A stretch of DNA of 63,837 nucleotides, filler included, from an uncultured virus (IMG/VR IMGVR_UViG_2061766007_004299) (3 parts of one record of this genome joined end to end with filler, not necessarily neighbours in it); one strand, 5' to 3'; numbered from the whole stretch's first letter, positions 33,248 to 43,220 are shown. A program made the numbers and translations. The notes: generated by a model from the sequence alone, not told the origin.

Positions 33248-33380
33248 AAAACACACACGGCAGAGCCGAAAGGAGATAAANNNNNNNNNNNNNNNNNNNN
33301 NNNNNNNNNNNNNNNNNNNNNNNNTTAATTAATTAANNNNNNNNNNNNNNNNNNNNNNNNNNNNNNNNNNNNNNNNNNNN

Positions 33381-33609
33381 TCACGCAGGTGAGATGAAGG
33401 CTTACATCCAGCTTTGCTTGGCCATGAGCGAACTGGCCAAGGAGATCGCCTACGCCAGCCCCAAGCCCCAGCAGACCGAAAACGAGAAATACGCCTTCCG
33501 CTGCTGGATGCTCCGCCTCGGCTTCATCGGAGACGAGTTCGAGACGGCCAGGGAGATCCTCCTGAAGAACATGGACGGCAACGCAGCCTGGAGACAGGAC
33601 GCCTGCTGA
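33381..33609 (+). CDS. Amidoligase C-terminal fragment
   Basis: HAGEMKAYIQLCLA...NEKYAFRCWMLRLG. Confidence 0.8.
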
Positions 33610-33675
33610 ACCGGAAAACAAGAAGCCTTTCGCCGGGGAGCCCCGGCTTAAGGCAGTGAAAGGAGGCGACAGGCC

Positions 33676-33912
33676 ATGAAAGAATACAAGGTTCTGATTA
33701 CGGAGACCCTGCAGAAAGCCGTGATCGTCGGCGCAGAGTCTGAGCAAGAAGCCCATAGGCGCGTGTCCGATGCCTGGAAGAACGCGGAGTACACCCTAGG
33801 TGCCGATGATTTCCAGGGCGTGGAGTTCCATGTGCAGGGCGAAACGGACGGCGATCCGGGTGACAAGGACTTAGGCCGCATCGAGAGCAAAGGCGGTGGC
33901 GGCGATGAATGA
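33676..33912 (+). CDS. DpnD/PcfM-like small protein (alleles at 37507..37966)
   Basis: YKVLITETLQKAVIVGAESEQEA...YTLGADDF. Confidence 0.7.
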   Translation: MKEYKVLITETLQKAVIVGAESEQEAHRRVSDAWKNAEYTLGADDFQGVEFHVQGETDGDPGDKDLGRIESKGGGGDE

Positions 33913-34462
33913 CTTCTGGAAAGGCTTCCAGCTGATCCGACAGGAAGACAACGAGGTCTTCTGCATTGCTTATGGCAGCAACCTGGATGAGGCCAGGATG
34001 AAAAAGCGCTGTCCCAGCGCCGAGGTGTTTGGCACTTCAGTCATCGGCGGATACAGGCTGCTGTTCAAGCAGAGCATGACGGGTGCTTATGCGACCATCG
34101 AACAGGACGCCAACGGCTGTGTGCCGGTGGTGATCTACCGGATCACGGCGGAGGACGAGCTGAAGCTGGATCGGTTTGAAGGATATCCCAAGTATTACTA
34201 CAAGCGGGATTTCCTGCTTCCCGTGTGGGGACTGAACGGCAGGAAGAAAAAGCTCCGGCGAAACTGCATCGGCTACATCCTGCATGAATACCGGATGCTT
34301 GGAGAGCCGTGCGAGGATTACTTCGACCTGCTGGATCGCGGATACGAGCGATGGGGCTTTGAAAAGAGCATCCTGAAAAAGGCGATGGAGGACAGCATCG
34401 GAAGAGACGCAGCAGCCCTTTGGCTTGCAGAATATTACGGTGAGGAGGACGATCATGAGTAA
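33905..34462 (+). CDS. Gamma-glutamylcyclotransferase (AIG2-like) paralog 1
   Basis: AYGSNL...MKKRCP...LDRFEGYPKYY. Confidence 0.88.
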   Translation: MNDFWKGFQLIRQEDNEVFCIAYGSNLDEARMKKRCPSAEVFGTSVIGGYRLLFKQSMTGAYATIEQDANGCVPVVIYRITAEDELKLDRFEGYPKYYYKRDFLLPVWGLNGRKKKLRRNCIGYILHEYRMLGEPCEDYFDLLDRGYERWGFEKSILKKAMEDSIGRDAAALWLAEYYGEEDDHE

Positions 34463-34901
34463 GAAGTACATAGCCTACGGGAGCAACCTTTCCGTCAGGC
34501 AAATGGCGCACCGGTGTCCGGACGCCAGGATTATCGGCATGGCAGCCATTCAGGACTGGAAGCTGGTCTTTCGGACCCATGCGACCATTGAGCCCGCAGC
34601 GGGCAGAGTGGTGCCGGTCCTGATCTGGGTAATCTCAGAACTCGATGAAAAGAACCTGGACCTGTATGAAGGGTACCCGACCTACTACTATAAGCGAGAT
34701 ATGACCGTGACCATGACGGACCTTGACGGGAAGAACCCGCAGGAAGTCACAGCCATGGTCTACCTGATGGAGGAGGGACACGACATCCGAGTTCCTTACA
34801 GAGGCTACCTGGACACACTGGAAGAAGGCTACCGGCGATTCGGATTCAACCCGTATCAGCTGGAGCTTGCCATGAAGGAAGCGGAGGAGGCGGAGCGATG
34901 A
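34455..34901 (+). CDS. Gamma-glutamylcyclotransferase paralog 2
   Basis: YIAYGSNL...QMAHRCP...LDLYEGYPTYY. Confidence 0.88.
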   Translation: MSKKYIAYGSNLSVRQMAHRCPDARIIGMAAIQDWKLVFRTHATIEPAAGRVVPVLIWVISELDEKNLDLYEGYPTYYYKRDMTVTMTDLDGKNPQEVTAMVYLMEEGHDIRVPYRGYLDTLEEGYRRFGFNPYQLELAMKEAEEAER

Positions 34902-34948
34902 ACTTTCCCAGCAGAGAAACGGTCGAACGGCTGCGCCNNNNNNNNNNT

Positions 34949-35652
34949 GCAGGAAGCACAGGAAACCATGGAGAGCGAGCCGGAAGATACCGGCCTTGCA
35001 GCCAGCATCAGTTTTCCGATTTCCAAGCACACGCCGTCGTCCCTCATCAACCTGATCTGCATGATCCATTCCAGAGGCCCGCTGCTTTCCAAGGCAACCG
35101 GAGGAACCTTCTTTGCCAGCAAGGCGTTGACAGACGACCTGCTCAGTCACGCTTCTTTTATCCAGACCAAGGATGTGGTCGAGTTCCTGAAGGAGAGGGA
35201 AAACCTGGCGGCAGACCTNNNNNNNNNNGAAGGATGTGGTCGAGTTCCTGAAGGAGAGGGAAAACCTGGCGGCAGACCTGCAGGGCCTCACCTTCGATGA
35301 TGAGAAGCTCACCTTTGACGGCTTTGGAAGCGCTGAGAATCCTGAACACCTGCAGACCTTCATGAAGCTGGCGACGGCCATGAACAAGATGGCGACGACC
35401 CAGAAGCGGGTACAGGCCAAGAGCGTGGATGACAGCAATGAGAAATACGCGCTTCGGATCTGGCTGATCCGCCTGGGGTTGAACGGCGATGAATATAAGG
35501 AAGACCGCAAGCGCCTGATGGCCAACCTCACCGGCCATACAGCCTTCCGATCCGAAGAAGAAAAGGAGCGCTGGACCGCCAAGCAGACCGCCAAGCGTGA
35601 TGCTCTCCGGGCAGCAAAAGCTGCGGATCCTGCGGCGCAGAACGCTGTGTAA
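34949..35652 (+). CDS. C-terminal part of another 'virulence-related' protein allele
   Basis: NEKYALRIWLIRLGLNGDEYKEDRKRLMANLTGHTAFR. Confidence 0.7.
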
Positions 35653-35727
35653 ACACACCAATATCCAGGGCAAAATAAGCCTTGATAATTGTCAGATAAA
35701 TAGTCGATTTCTCTGAANNNNNNNNNN

Positions 35728-37412
35728 CCAGAACGCAGCCAGGGTTGCTGCTGAGTACTTCGGCACCGGCCGCTACGAATACACGGCCAGCCGGAACGGG
35801 TACATGACCTGGAGCGCCTGGGATGCACAGGGCCGGGAATGGAAATTCCAGCGGGACGTGAGCATCAGCGGACCGGACGATGAAAAGTGCGAACTGGTCA
35901 CCCCGATCCTGACCTACACGGACATGGAAACCTTCCAGGAACTCCTCCGGAAGCTCCGCCACGCCGGAATGAAGAGCAGCCCCTCCAGAGGCTGCGGGGT
36001 ACANNNNNNNNNNAACCATGACAGAGAAAACCGCCCGCCAGATCGAAAACATGAAAGCCCAGACCTTCGGAGTAGAGGTTGAGGGAAACAACATCACCCG
36101 GCAGAAGGCAGCCAAGGTTGCCGCAGACTTTTTCGGAACCGGCCGCTACGAATACACCGCAAGCAGGAACGGCTACATGACCTGGAGCGCCTGGGACGCA
36201 CAGGGCCGGGAATGGAAATTCCAGNNNNNNNNNNTATCGGCCTCAAAGGCCTGGACGGCAGAGACCACAACGCCAAGACCTTGCGGAACCTGGTGAACAT
36301 CATGGCCGCACATGAGACCCAGATCGGACGGGCGATCAAGATCGATCAGGGCCGCACCGGACACTACTGCAAGGTGGTCAACCCCGACTTCCTGGCCAGG
36401 GTCAACCGCCAGAAGCCCCAGACCATGCAGCGCCTAGCGGATTGCTGGTACGAAGGCAACCACGCCAGCTACGGCAGGAACCAGCATTACAACGACAGCC
36501 GGTACCACATGCTGAACCTCCACGCGAGCTTCACGAAGGGGACCATTGAATTCCGCCTCTTCCAGTTTTCCGACCCGCACGACGGCAANNNNNNNNNNAG
36601 GGACGTGAGCATCAGCGGACCGGACGACGAAAAGTGCGAACTGGTCACCCCGATCCTGACCTACGCCGACATGGAAACCTTCCAGGAACTCCTCCGGACC
36701 CTCCGCCACGCTGGAATGAAGAGCAGCCCCTCCAGAGGCTGCGGGGTACACATTCACATCGGCCTCAAGGGCCTGGACGGCAGGGACCACAACGCCAAGA
36801 CCCTGCGCAACCTGGTGAATATCATGGCCGCACATGAAACCCAGATCGGCCGGGCCATTAAGATCGACCAGGGACGCACCGGACACTACTGCAAGGTGGT
36901 CAGCCCCGACTTCCTGGCCAGGGTCAACCGGCAGAAGCCCCAGACCATGCAGCGCCTCGCAGACTGCTGGTACGAAGGCAACCACGCCAGCTACGGAAGA
37001 AACCAGCACTACAACGACAGCCGGTACCACATGCTGAACCTCCACGCTTCCTTCACCAAAGGGACCATTGAATTCCGCCTCTTCCAGTTTTCCGACCCGC
37101 ACGACGGCAAGCGCGGCGGCATCCACGCTGGAGAGATGAAGGCTTACATCCAGCTTTGCCTGGCGATGAGCGAACTTGCCAAGGAACTGACCTACGCCAG
37201 CCCCAAGCCCCAGCAGACCGACAACGAAAAATACGCGATGCGCTGCTGGATGCTTCGCCTCGGATTCATCGGAGACGAATTCGAAACGGCCAGGGAGATC
37301 CTCCTNNNNNNNNNNCCGCCTCGGATTCATCGGAGACGAATTCGAAACGGCCAGGGAGATCCTCCTGAAGAACATGGACGGCAACGCAGCCTGGAGACAG
37401 GACGCCTGCTGA
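35728..37412 (+). CDS. Amidoligase (COOH.NH2 ligase type 2); overlapping fragments of several alleles, start at 36018
   Basis: TFGVEVE, DVSI, CELVTPIL, GCGVHIHIG, RYHMLNL, TIEFRLF. Confidence 0.88.
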
Positions 37413-37958
37413 GCCGGACAACAACAAGCCTAGCGCCGGGACGCGGCATACCCCCAAAGGGGGTGCCCAGTACCCGGCTTAAGGCAGTGAAAGGAGGCGA
37501 CAGGCCATGAAAGAATACAAAGTGCTGATTACAGAGACCCTGCAGAAGGCCGTGATCGTTGGCGCAGAGTCAGAGCAGGAAGCGCACAGGCGCGTGTCCG
37601 ATGCATGGAAGAACGCAGAGTACACACTGGACACGGAGGATTTCCAGGGTGTGGANNNNNNNNNNGTGAATGACTTCTGGAAGGGCTTCAAGCTGATGAA
37701 GCCGGAGGACAACGAGGTCTTCTGCATTGCCTACGGCAGCAACCTGGACGAGACCAGAATGAANNNNNNNNNNAGTCATCGTCGAAGCGGCATCCGAGCA
37801 GGAAGCGCATAGGCGCGTGTCCGATGCCTGGAAGAACGCAGAGTACACACTGGACACGGAGGATTTCCAGGGTGTGGAGTTCCATGTGATCGGTGAAGCG
37901 GACGGCGATCCGGAAGACAAAGATATCGACCGCATCGAGAGCAAGGGCGGTGGCGGCG

Positions 37959-38516
37959 ATGAATGACTTCTGGAAAGGCTTCAAGCTGATGAAGCCGGAA
38001 GACAATGAGGTCTTCTGCATTGCCTACGGCAGCAACCTGGACGAGACCAGAATGAAGAAGCGCTGCCCCAGCGCTGAGGTCTTCGGCACCTCGGTCATTG
38101 GCGGATATCGGCTGCTGTTCAAGCAGAGCATGACAGGTGCCTACGCGACCATGGAGCAGGACGCCAACTGCTGTGTGCCGGTGGTGATCTACCGGATCAC
38201 GGCAGAAGATGAGCTGAAACTGGACCGCTTTGAGGGTTACCCCAAGTATTACTATAAGCGGGATTTCCTTCTTCCCGTGTGGGGTCTGAACGGCAGGAAG
38301 AAAAAGCTCCGTCGAAACTGCATCGCCTACATCCTGCACGAATACAGGATGCTGGGTGAGCCGAGCGAGGAATACTTCGATCTTCTGGATCGCGGGTACG
38401 AACGATGGGGCTTTGAAAAGGAAACCCTTGTGAAAGCGCTGGAGGATAGCATCGGCAGAGAGGCGGCAACCCTCTGGCTGGCAGAATTTTACGGTGAGGA
38501 GGATGAACATGAGTAA
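37959..38516 (+). CDS. Gamma-glutamylcyclotransferase paralog 1, second allele
   Basis: Near-identical to 33905..34462. Confidence 0.85.
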   Translation: MNDFWKGFKLMKPEDNEVFCIAYGSNLDETRMKKRCPSAEVFGTSVIGGYRLLFKQSMTGAYATMEQDANCCVPVVIYRITAEDELKLDRFEGYPKYYYKRDFLLPVWGLNGRKKKLRRNCIAYILHEYRMLGEPSEEYFDLLDRGYERWGFEKETLVKALEDSIGREAATLWLAEFYGEEDEHE

Positions 38517-38928
38517 AAAGTACATTGCCTACGGGTCGAACCTGTCTGTGGAACAGATGGCGTTTCGGTGTCCGGAGGCGAAGATCATCGGTATGGCGGC
38601 NNNNNNNNNNNNNNNNNNNNNNNNNNNNNGCAGAGTAGTGCCGGTCCTGATCTGGGAAATATCAGACCGGGATGAGAAGAACCTCGATCTGTATGAGGGA
38701 TTCCCGAGCTACTATTTCAAGCAGGATATGACCGTGACCATGACAGACCTTGACGGAAAGAACCCGCAGGAGATCACAGCCATGGTTTATCTGATGGAGA
38801 AGGGGCACGACATACGAGTCCCTTACAGAGGATACCTGGACACACTTGCGGAGGGGTATCGACGATTCGGCTTCAATCCCTATCAGCTGGAGCTTGCGAT
38901 GAAAGAAGCAAAGGAGGCCATGCGATGA
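38509..38928 (+). CDS. Gamma-glutamylcyclotransferase paralog 2, second allele
   Basis: Similar to 34455..34901. Confidence 0.85.
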   Translation: MSKKYIAYGSNLSVEQMAFRCPEAKIIGMAXXXXXXXXXXXRVVPVLIWEISDRDEKNLDLYEGFPSYYFKQDMTVTMTDLDGKNPQEITAMVYLMEKGHDIRVPYRGYLDTLAEGYRRFGFNPYQLELAMKEAKEAMR

Positions 38929-39407
38929 ATTTCCCAAACAGAGAAACGGTCGAGCGGTTGCGCCGGGAATACCCGGTCGGCTGCCGCATCGTGCTGGATA
39001 AAATGGATGACCCTTTCACGAAGATCCCCGTCGGTGCCCAGGCGACCTGCCAGGGTGTAGATGATGCCGGAAATATCCTCTGTGCCTGGGACTGTGGCAG
39101 CGGGCTCTCGGTTGCCTTCGGAGCGGATCGCTGTCATAAGGTTGGAACCGAAGAGGAAGCCAAGGTCACCCTGGAGTGGTACGGGAAACACCAGAGCAGG
39201 GAGAACGCCAGATGCCCCAGGTGTGGATGCCAAATGGAAGGGCCGACTTCCCACCATGCGCTCAGTCGCAGGGCAGGCATCATGATCTGTGATGAGGACG
39301 GTATGCGGAAGGCGCTGGAGGATGCCGGAATCCTGAAACGGATGCCGCTGATGCAGTGGGCAGCAATTGCCGGTCAGGAGCATGGTGAAGGAGCCTGGGA
39401 AGGCTGA
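38925..39407 (+). CDS. DUF4314 protein with C-terminal Zn-ribbon (second allele 39527..39904)
   Basis: YPVGCRIVLDKMDDP...GVDDAG...WDCGSGL; CPRCG...ALSRR. Confidence 0.8.
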   Translation: MNFPNRETVERLRREYPVGCRIVLDKMDDPFTKIPVGAQATCQGVDDAGNILCAWDCGSGLSVAFGADRCHKVGTEEEAKVTLEWYGKHQSRENARCPRCGCQMEGPTSHHALSRRAGIMICDEDGMRKALEDAGILKRMPLMQWAAIAGQEHGEGAWEG

Positions 39408-39977
39408 TGGCAGGGCGTAATGTGGACAATTTCAGGCGGTGAAGATTGTCACATATATTTTCGGAATTTCTGAAGATATGACTTGCTATTCTCCCCGAGT
39501 AGAGTGATATATGTACNNNNNNNNNNGTCGGTGCCCAGGCGACCTGCCAAGGCGTGGACGACGCCGGGAACATCCTGTGCGCCTGGGATTGCGGAAGCGG
39601 CCTCTCGATTGCCTTCGGAGCGGATCGCTGCCATAAGGTCAGGACCGACGATGAAGCGAAGATCACCCTGGAATGGTACGGGAAGCGCCAGCCCAAGGAG
39701 AACGCCAGATGCCCCAGGTGTGGATGCCGGATGGACGGAGCCTCTTCCCGTCATGCGCTGAGCCGCAGGGCAGGCATCATGATCTGTGATGAAGATGGGA
39801 TGAGGGAGGCTCTGGAGGATGCCGGAATCATGGAACGGATGCAGCTCACACAGTGGGCTGCGATTGCCGGGCCGGAGTGTGGTGAAGGCCCATGGGAAGG
39901 CTAATGGCATGGCGTAATGTAGACAAATTTGGGCGGTGAAGATTGTCACATATTTTCTGGGAATACCGGAAAATATA

Positions 39978-40026
39978 ACTTGCTATTCTCCCCGAGTAGA
40001 GTGATATATACACATGCCGAAAGGCA
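39978..40026 (+). promoter_or_regulatory. Cargo promoter motif B (allele at 39481)
   Basis: CTTGCTATT-N10-AGAGTGATATATACA then TGCC-GAAA-GGCA. Confidence 0.78.
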
Positions 40027-40054
40027 CAGAACACCTGCCAGGGAGGACAAAGCC

Positions 40055-40234
40055 ATGACCACCTACAAAACCAACCACGCCACCACCACGAAGAGCATGA
40101 CCGAGTGGTACTTCGGAAAGGCCTTCGTTGCCAGCATGACCGCCAAGGCCAAGCGGGAAAACAAGAAGACCGGTAAGACTGAGTTCCGCTTCTGGCAGGA
40201 CGGCACCGGCTACCTGACCATTCAGCTTCACTAA
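40055..40234 (+). CDS. Small hypothetical protein (59 aa)
   Basis: RBS GGAGG downstream of motif B. Confidence 0.7.
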   Translation: MTTYKTNHATTTKSMTEWYFGKAFVASMTAKAKRENKKTGKTEFRFWQDGTGYLTIQLH

Positions 40235-40248
40235 GGAGGTTCACCGCC

Positions 40249-40631
40249 ATGACAAACCTTGACCACATCCAAAGCCTGATCCGCCACGGCGCACAGCTTC
40301 GCGGAGAGGACGGCAGCCTGACCCCGCTGACCGAGGCTTTTTACCACAATGCGGTGGAAGCCTGCCACACAGGCGGCTACAACGCAGCCACCTACGATCT
40401 NNNNNNNNNNACCACGGCGCACTGCTTCGCGGGGAGGGCGGCACCCTGATGCCTCTGACCGAGACCTTCTACCATAAGGCGGTGAAAGGCTGCCATACGG
40501 GCGGCTACAACGCAGCCACCTACGTCCTGGTGCTTCCGGGCATCGACAGCGAGCTTTGGCTGGCCATCTGGAAAGACGGCCACGTCGACTCCGGCAGCCC
40601 CAAGAGCATCCGCGCCTGCCTTGCCCGCTGA
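40249..40631 (+). CDS. Small hypothetical protein (two overlapping alleles)
   Basis: RBS AAGGAGGT; CHTGGYNAATY in both fragments. Confidence 0.65.
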
Positions 40632-40650
40632 GGCGAACAGGGCGGCCACA

Positions 40651-40672
40651 AAGGGGCCTTCGGGCCTCTTTT
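40651..40672 (+). terminator. Rho-independent terminator
   Basis: AGGGGCC-TTCG-GGCCTCT followed by Ts. Confidence 0.75.
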
Positions 40673-40889
40673 GCGTAGTACACAGGAACACATTTCCTGT
40701 TCCTCAAAGGCTGCGACGGGCCTCTGCCGCTGGCAAATTCTGCTTCATTTCAGCGCGATATATTTGTGCACATTATGNNNNNNNNNNGCGTTCCCCAAAG
40801 GCGGCGATGGGCCATTGACGCTGGCAAATTCTGCTTCATTTCAGCGCGATATATTTGTGCACATTATGGCGTGAATCCTGCGATATAGT

Positions 40890-40938
40890 ACTTGCTATTA
40901 TCTGCCTTCAGAGTGATATATGTACATGCCGAAGGGCA
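40890..40938 (+). promoter_or_regulatory. Cargo promoter motif B (truncated allele at 41306)
   Basis: CTTGCTATT-N10-AGAGTGATATATGTACA-TGCCGAAGGGCA. Confidence 0.78.
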
Positions 40939-40965
40939 GAGAAAACAAACGAGGAGGATTCCACC

Positions 40966-41737
40966 ATGAAGACCAACACCTACTTTGAAGAGCTTGACCG
41001 CATCGCCAGAGACTTTGAGGAAAAGCATGAAGCGCACAAGGCGCTGAAGCAGCAGATCATCGACACCAAGGGCTGGGACAGCGAGGAGCTGAAGGCCTGG
41101 TACAAAGAGGAAGAAGAGACCTTCCAGTANNNNNNNNNNTAGCGAGGAGCTGAAGGCCTGGTACAAAGAGGAAGAAGAGACCTTCCAGTANNNNNNNNNN
41201 TTGGCCAAGACACGCGCCTTTTAGGGCTCCTGTGCGATGGTCGATTCTGCTTCATTCCAGCGCCTTATATTTGTGTACATTATGGCGCGAATCCTGCAAT
41301 AAATAACTTGCTATTATCTGCCTTNNNNNNNNNNNNNNNNNNNNNNNNNNNNNNNNNNNNNNNNNNNNNNNNNNNNNNNNNNNNNNNNNNNNNNNNNNNN
41401 NNNNNNNNNNNNNNNNNNNNNNNNNNNNNNNNNNNNNNNNNNNNNNNNNNNNNNNNNNNNNNNNNNNNNNNNNNNNNNTTACAGCGATACCGATGAGGTG
41501 ATCATGGACGACTTCACCTGGGAGAGGGAGCGCCACGACTTCATCGACACCCTTCGGAAGGCAGGCATCCAGACCCTGGTGGTTACCAACCAGTCAACCG
41601 GCCTTATGGAAGACCTGCACGGCTACGCTGCCGAGGGCTGCACGATGCTTGGCCTTTGCACCATCACCAAGAAGGATACCCGCTGGGGCGAAGAAAAAGA
41701 GGAGCAGATCATGGGGATCCGCTTCCAGCTGAACTGA
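40966..41737 (+). CDS. Hypothetical protein (fragments probably of one gene)
   Basis: RBS GAGGAGG; C-terminal part DFIDTLRKAGIQTLVVTNQSTGLME; join crosses gaps. Confidence 0.55.
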
Positions 41738-41749
41738 GGGGGTGCCGGG

Positions 41750-41953
41750 ATGAACATTGCGGATAAGATGGAACGCGAGTCCAGACTGATGGGGAACATC
41801 GCATCCTGGATGCAGGAACATGGGGAGGTCCTTTCAGACAGACAGCGAAGCAACGCTTACACCGGTATCCGAATTCGAGAAATCCTCTGGCGAGGACACA
41901 CCTTCCGCATTGTGGATGTGGACGGAATGACCTGCCAGATCGAGCGGCTATAA
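41750..41953 (+). CDS. Small hypothetical protein (67 aa)
   Basis: RBS upstream; followed by the GAAGCC-GAGA-GGCTTC-TTT hairpin. Confidence 0.7.
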   Translation: MNIADKMERESRLMGNIASWMQEHGEVLSDRQRSNAYTGIRIREILWRGHTFRIVDVDGMTCQIERL

Positions 41954-42056
41954 CAGCCGCCGACGCCAGGAAGCCGAGAGGCTTCTTTGGTCGTATATAC
42001 ACGATACAACCGCCTAATCTTTGTGCATATTATAAGCGGAAATACCGCAGATAAAG

Positions 42057-42104
42057 CTTGCTATTATTCGGCTTCAGAGTGATATATGTACATGCCGAAA
42101 GGCA
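42057..42104 (+). promoter_or_regulatory. Cargo promoter motif B
   Basis: CTTGCTATT-N10-AGAGTGATATATGTACA-TGCCGAAAGGCA. Confidence 0.78.
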
Positions 42105-42132
42105 AACGACAAAGATTTGGAGGGCAAAAACC

Positions 42133-42456
42133 ATGATGAACGCTTACACGATGAGAAACCTGATGGAGCTGGGAAACTACAACACCAGCATCACCCGCGA
42201 GGCTTTTGAAGCCCACTTCACAAAGACGAAGGAGAGCGTACGCTTCACCTTCAACGGCTGGGACGGCAAGAGCTACGACGGCGAGAGCCGCAGCGCGAAG
42301 GTCATCCGCACCAACCTTCCCGGATACGAAGAGGTCAGGCTGGTCAAGGTCGGAAAGCACCTTTGCTACATTGAAGAAGACACCAGCATCCTGGAGAAGG
42401 CAACCGGCGAAAAGCATCCGGAAGCCAGCTGGCTGGTTGAAGTCGAAAGAGCATAA
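42133..42456 (+). CDS. Hypothetical protein (107 aa)
   Basis: RBS GGAGG downstream of motif B. Confidence 0.72.
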   Translation: MMNAYTMRNLMELGNYNTSITREAFEAHFTKTKESVRFTFNGWDGKSYDGESRSAKVIRTNLPGYEEVRLVKVGKHLCYIEEDTSILEKATGEKHPEASWLVEVERA

Positions 42457-42469
42457 GGAGGGCGGGATC

Positions 42470-42706
42470 ATGGCAAGCAGAGCAAGAGCAGAGGGAAACT
42501 GCAATTACAGACTTTGGACCACCGAGGAGCTGATCGACGCTTACGCCTGGGAAGCGAAGCGGATCAACCAGGAGGATCGCAAACGGACACAGCAGCTGAT
42601 CAAGCAGGAGCTGAAGCGCCGCTTCGATGCCACCCTTCGGCTCCTGGACGATGAGCAGACCACGGAGAATCCGAAAGGAACCTACAGGTACCTGCTGAAC
42701 GAATAA
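42470..42706 (+). CDS. Hypothetical protein (78 aa)
   Basis: RBS AAGGAGG. Confidence 0.7.
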   Translation: MASRARAEGNCNYRLWTTEELIDAYAWEAKRINQEDRKRTQQLIKQELKRRFDATLRLLDDEQTTENPKGTYRYLLNE

Positions 42707-42805
42707 GGCAGAAGCCCGGCAGGAGGCCCATGGCAGGGTCTTTTGCTCGTAGTAGAAAGCACAGTTTTTGCCAACGATCTTTGTGAGTATTATATCGCAG
42801 ATATA

Positions 42806-42854
42806 ACTTGCTATTTCCTCCGAGTAGAGTGATATATGTACATGCCAAAAGGCA
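42806..42854 (+). promoter_or_regulatory. Cargo promoter motif B
   Basis: CTTGCTATT-N10-AGAGTGATATATGTACA-TGCCAAAAGGCA. Confidence 0.78.
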
Positions 42855-42882
42855 AACGACCACGAAAACGGAGGAAACAACC

Positions 42883-43158
42883 ATGACGATCAATGAAGCG
42901 ATGAAAACCTACAGACTGCCGAACCCCACCACACCGGAAGACCTGGAATGCCGCTGGAGCAAGGTTCTGAACTTTGGAGATAAGGTTCTCCTTGCCGGAT
43001 ATTACTACAGCGGAAAGGGCAAGCCCTCCTACTTCGGAGCGGTTTACGAACACCTGGATGACGACATGAGCTGCGAAGGAACCATCGGGCTGAGGGCAGT
43101 CAGCAACACTGAATTTGAAGATGACGGCCATGCGATGGCATGGGCGATGAAACAATAA
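42883..43158 (+). CDS. Acidic hypothetical protein (91 aa)
   Basis: RBS GGAGG; ends FEDDGHAMAWAMKQ. Confidence 0.72.
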   Translation: MTINEAMKTYRLPNPTTPEDLECRWSKVLNFGDKVLLAGYYYSGKGKPSYFGAVYEHLDDDMSCEGTIGLRAVSNTEFEDDGHAMAWAMKQ

Positions 43159-43184
43159 AGCAAGATACAGGGAAGACACTAAGC

Positions 43185-43220
43185 AGAGTCTACGGAATGA
43201 TCCGCAGGCTCTTTTCTTTT
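43185..43220 (+). terminator. Rho-independent terminator before the terminase
   Basis: AGAGTCTACGGA-ATGA-TCCGCAGGCTCT followed by TTTCTTTT. Confidence 0.7.

Noticed and set aside
39480..42854. Motif B repeats as a CRISPR array, with DUF2800 as cas4
   Set aside because: The spacing is hundreds of bases, the intervals contain ORFs, the repeats are degenerate, and there are no other cas genes. DUF2800 is a normal phage replication-module nuclease.
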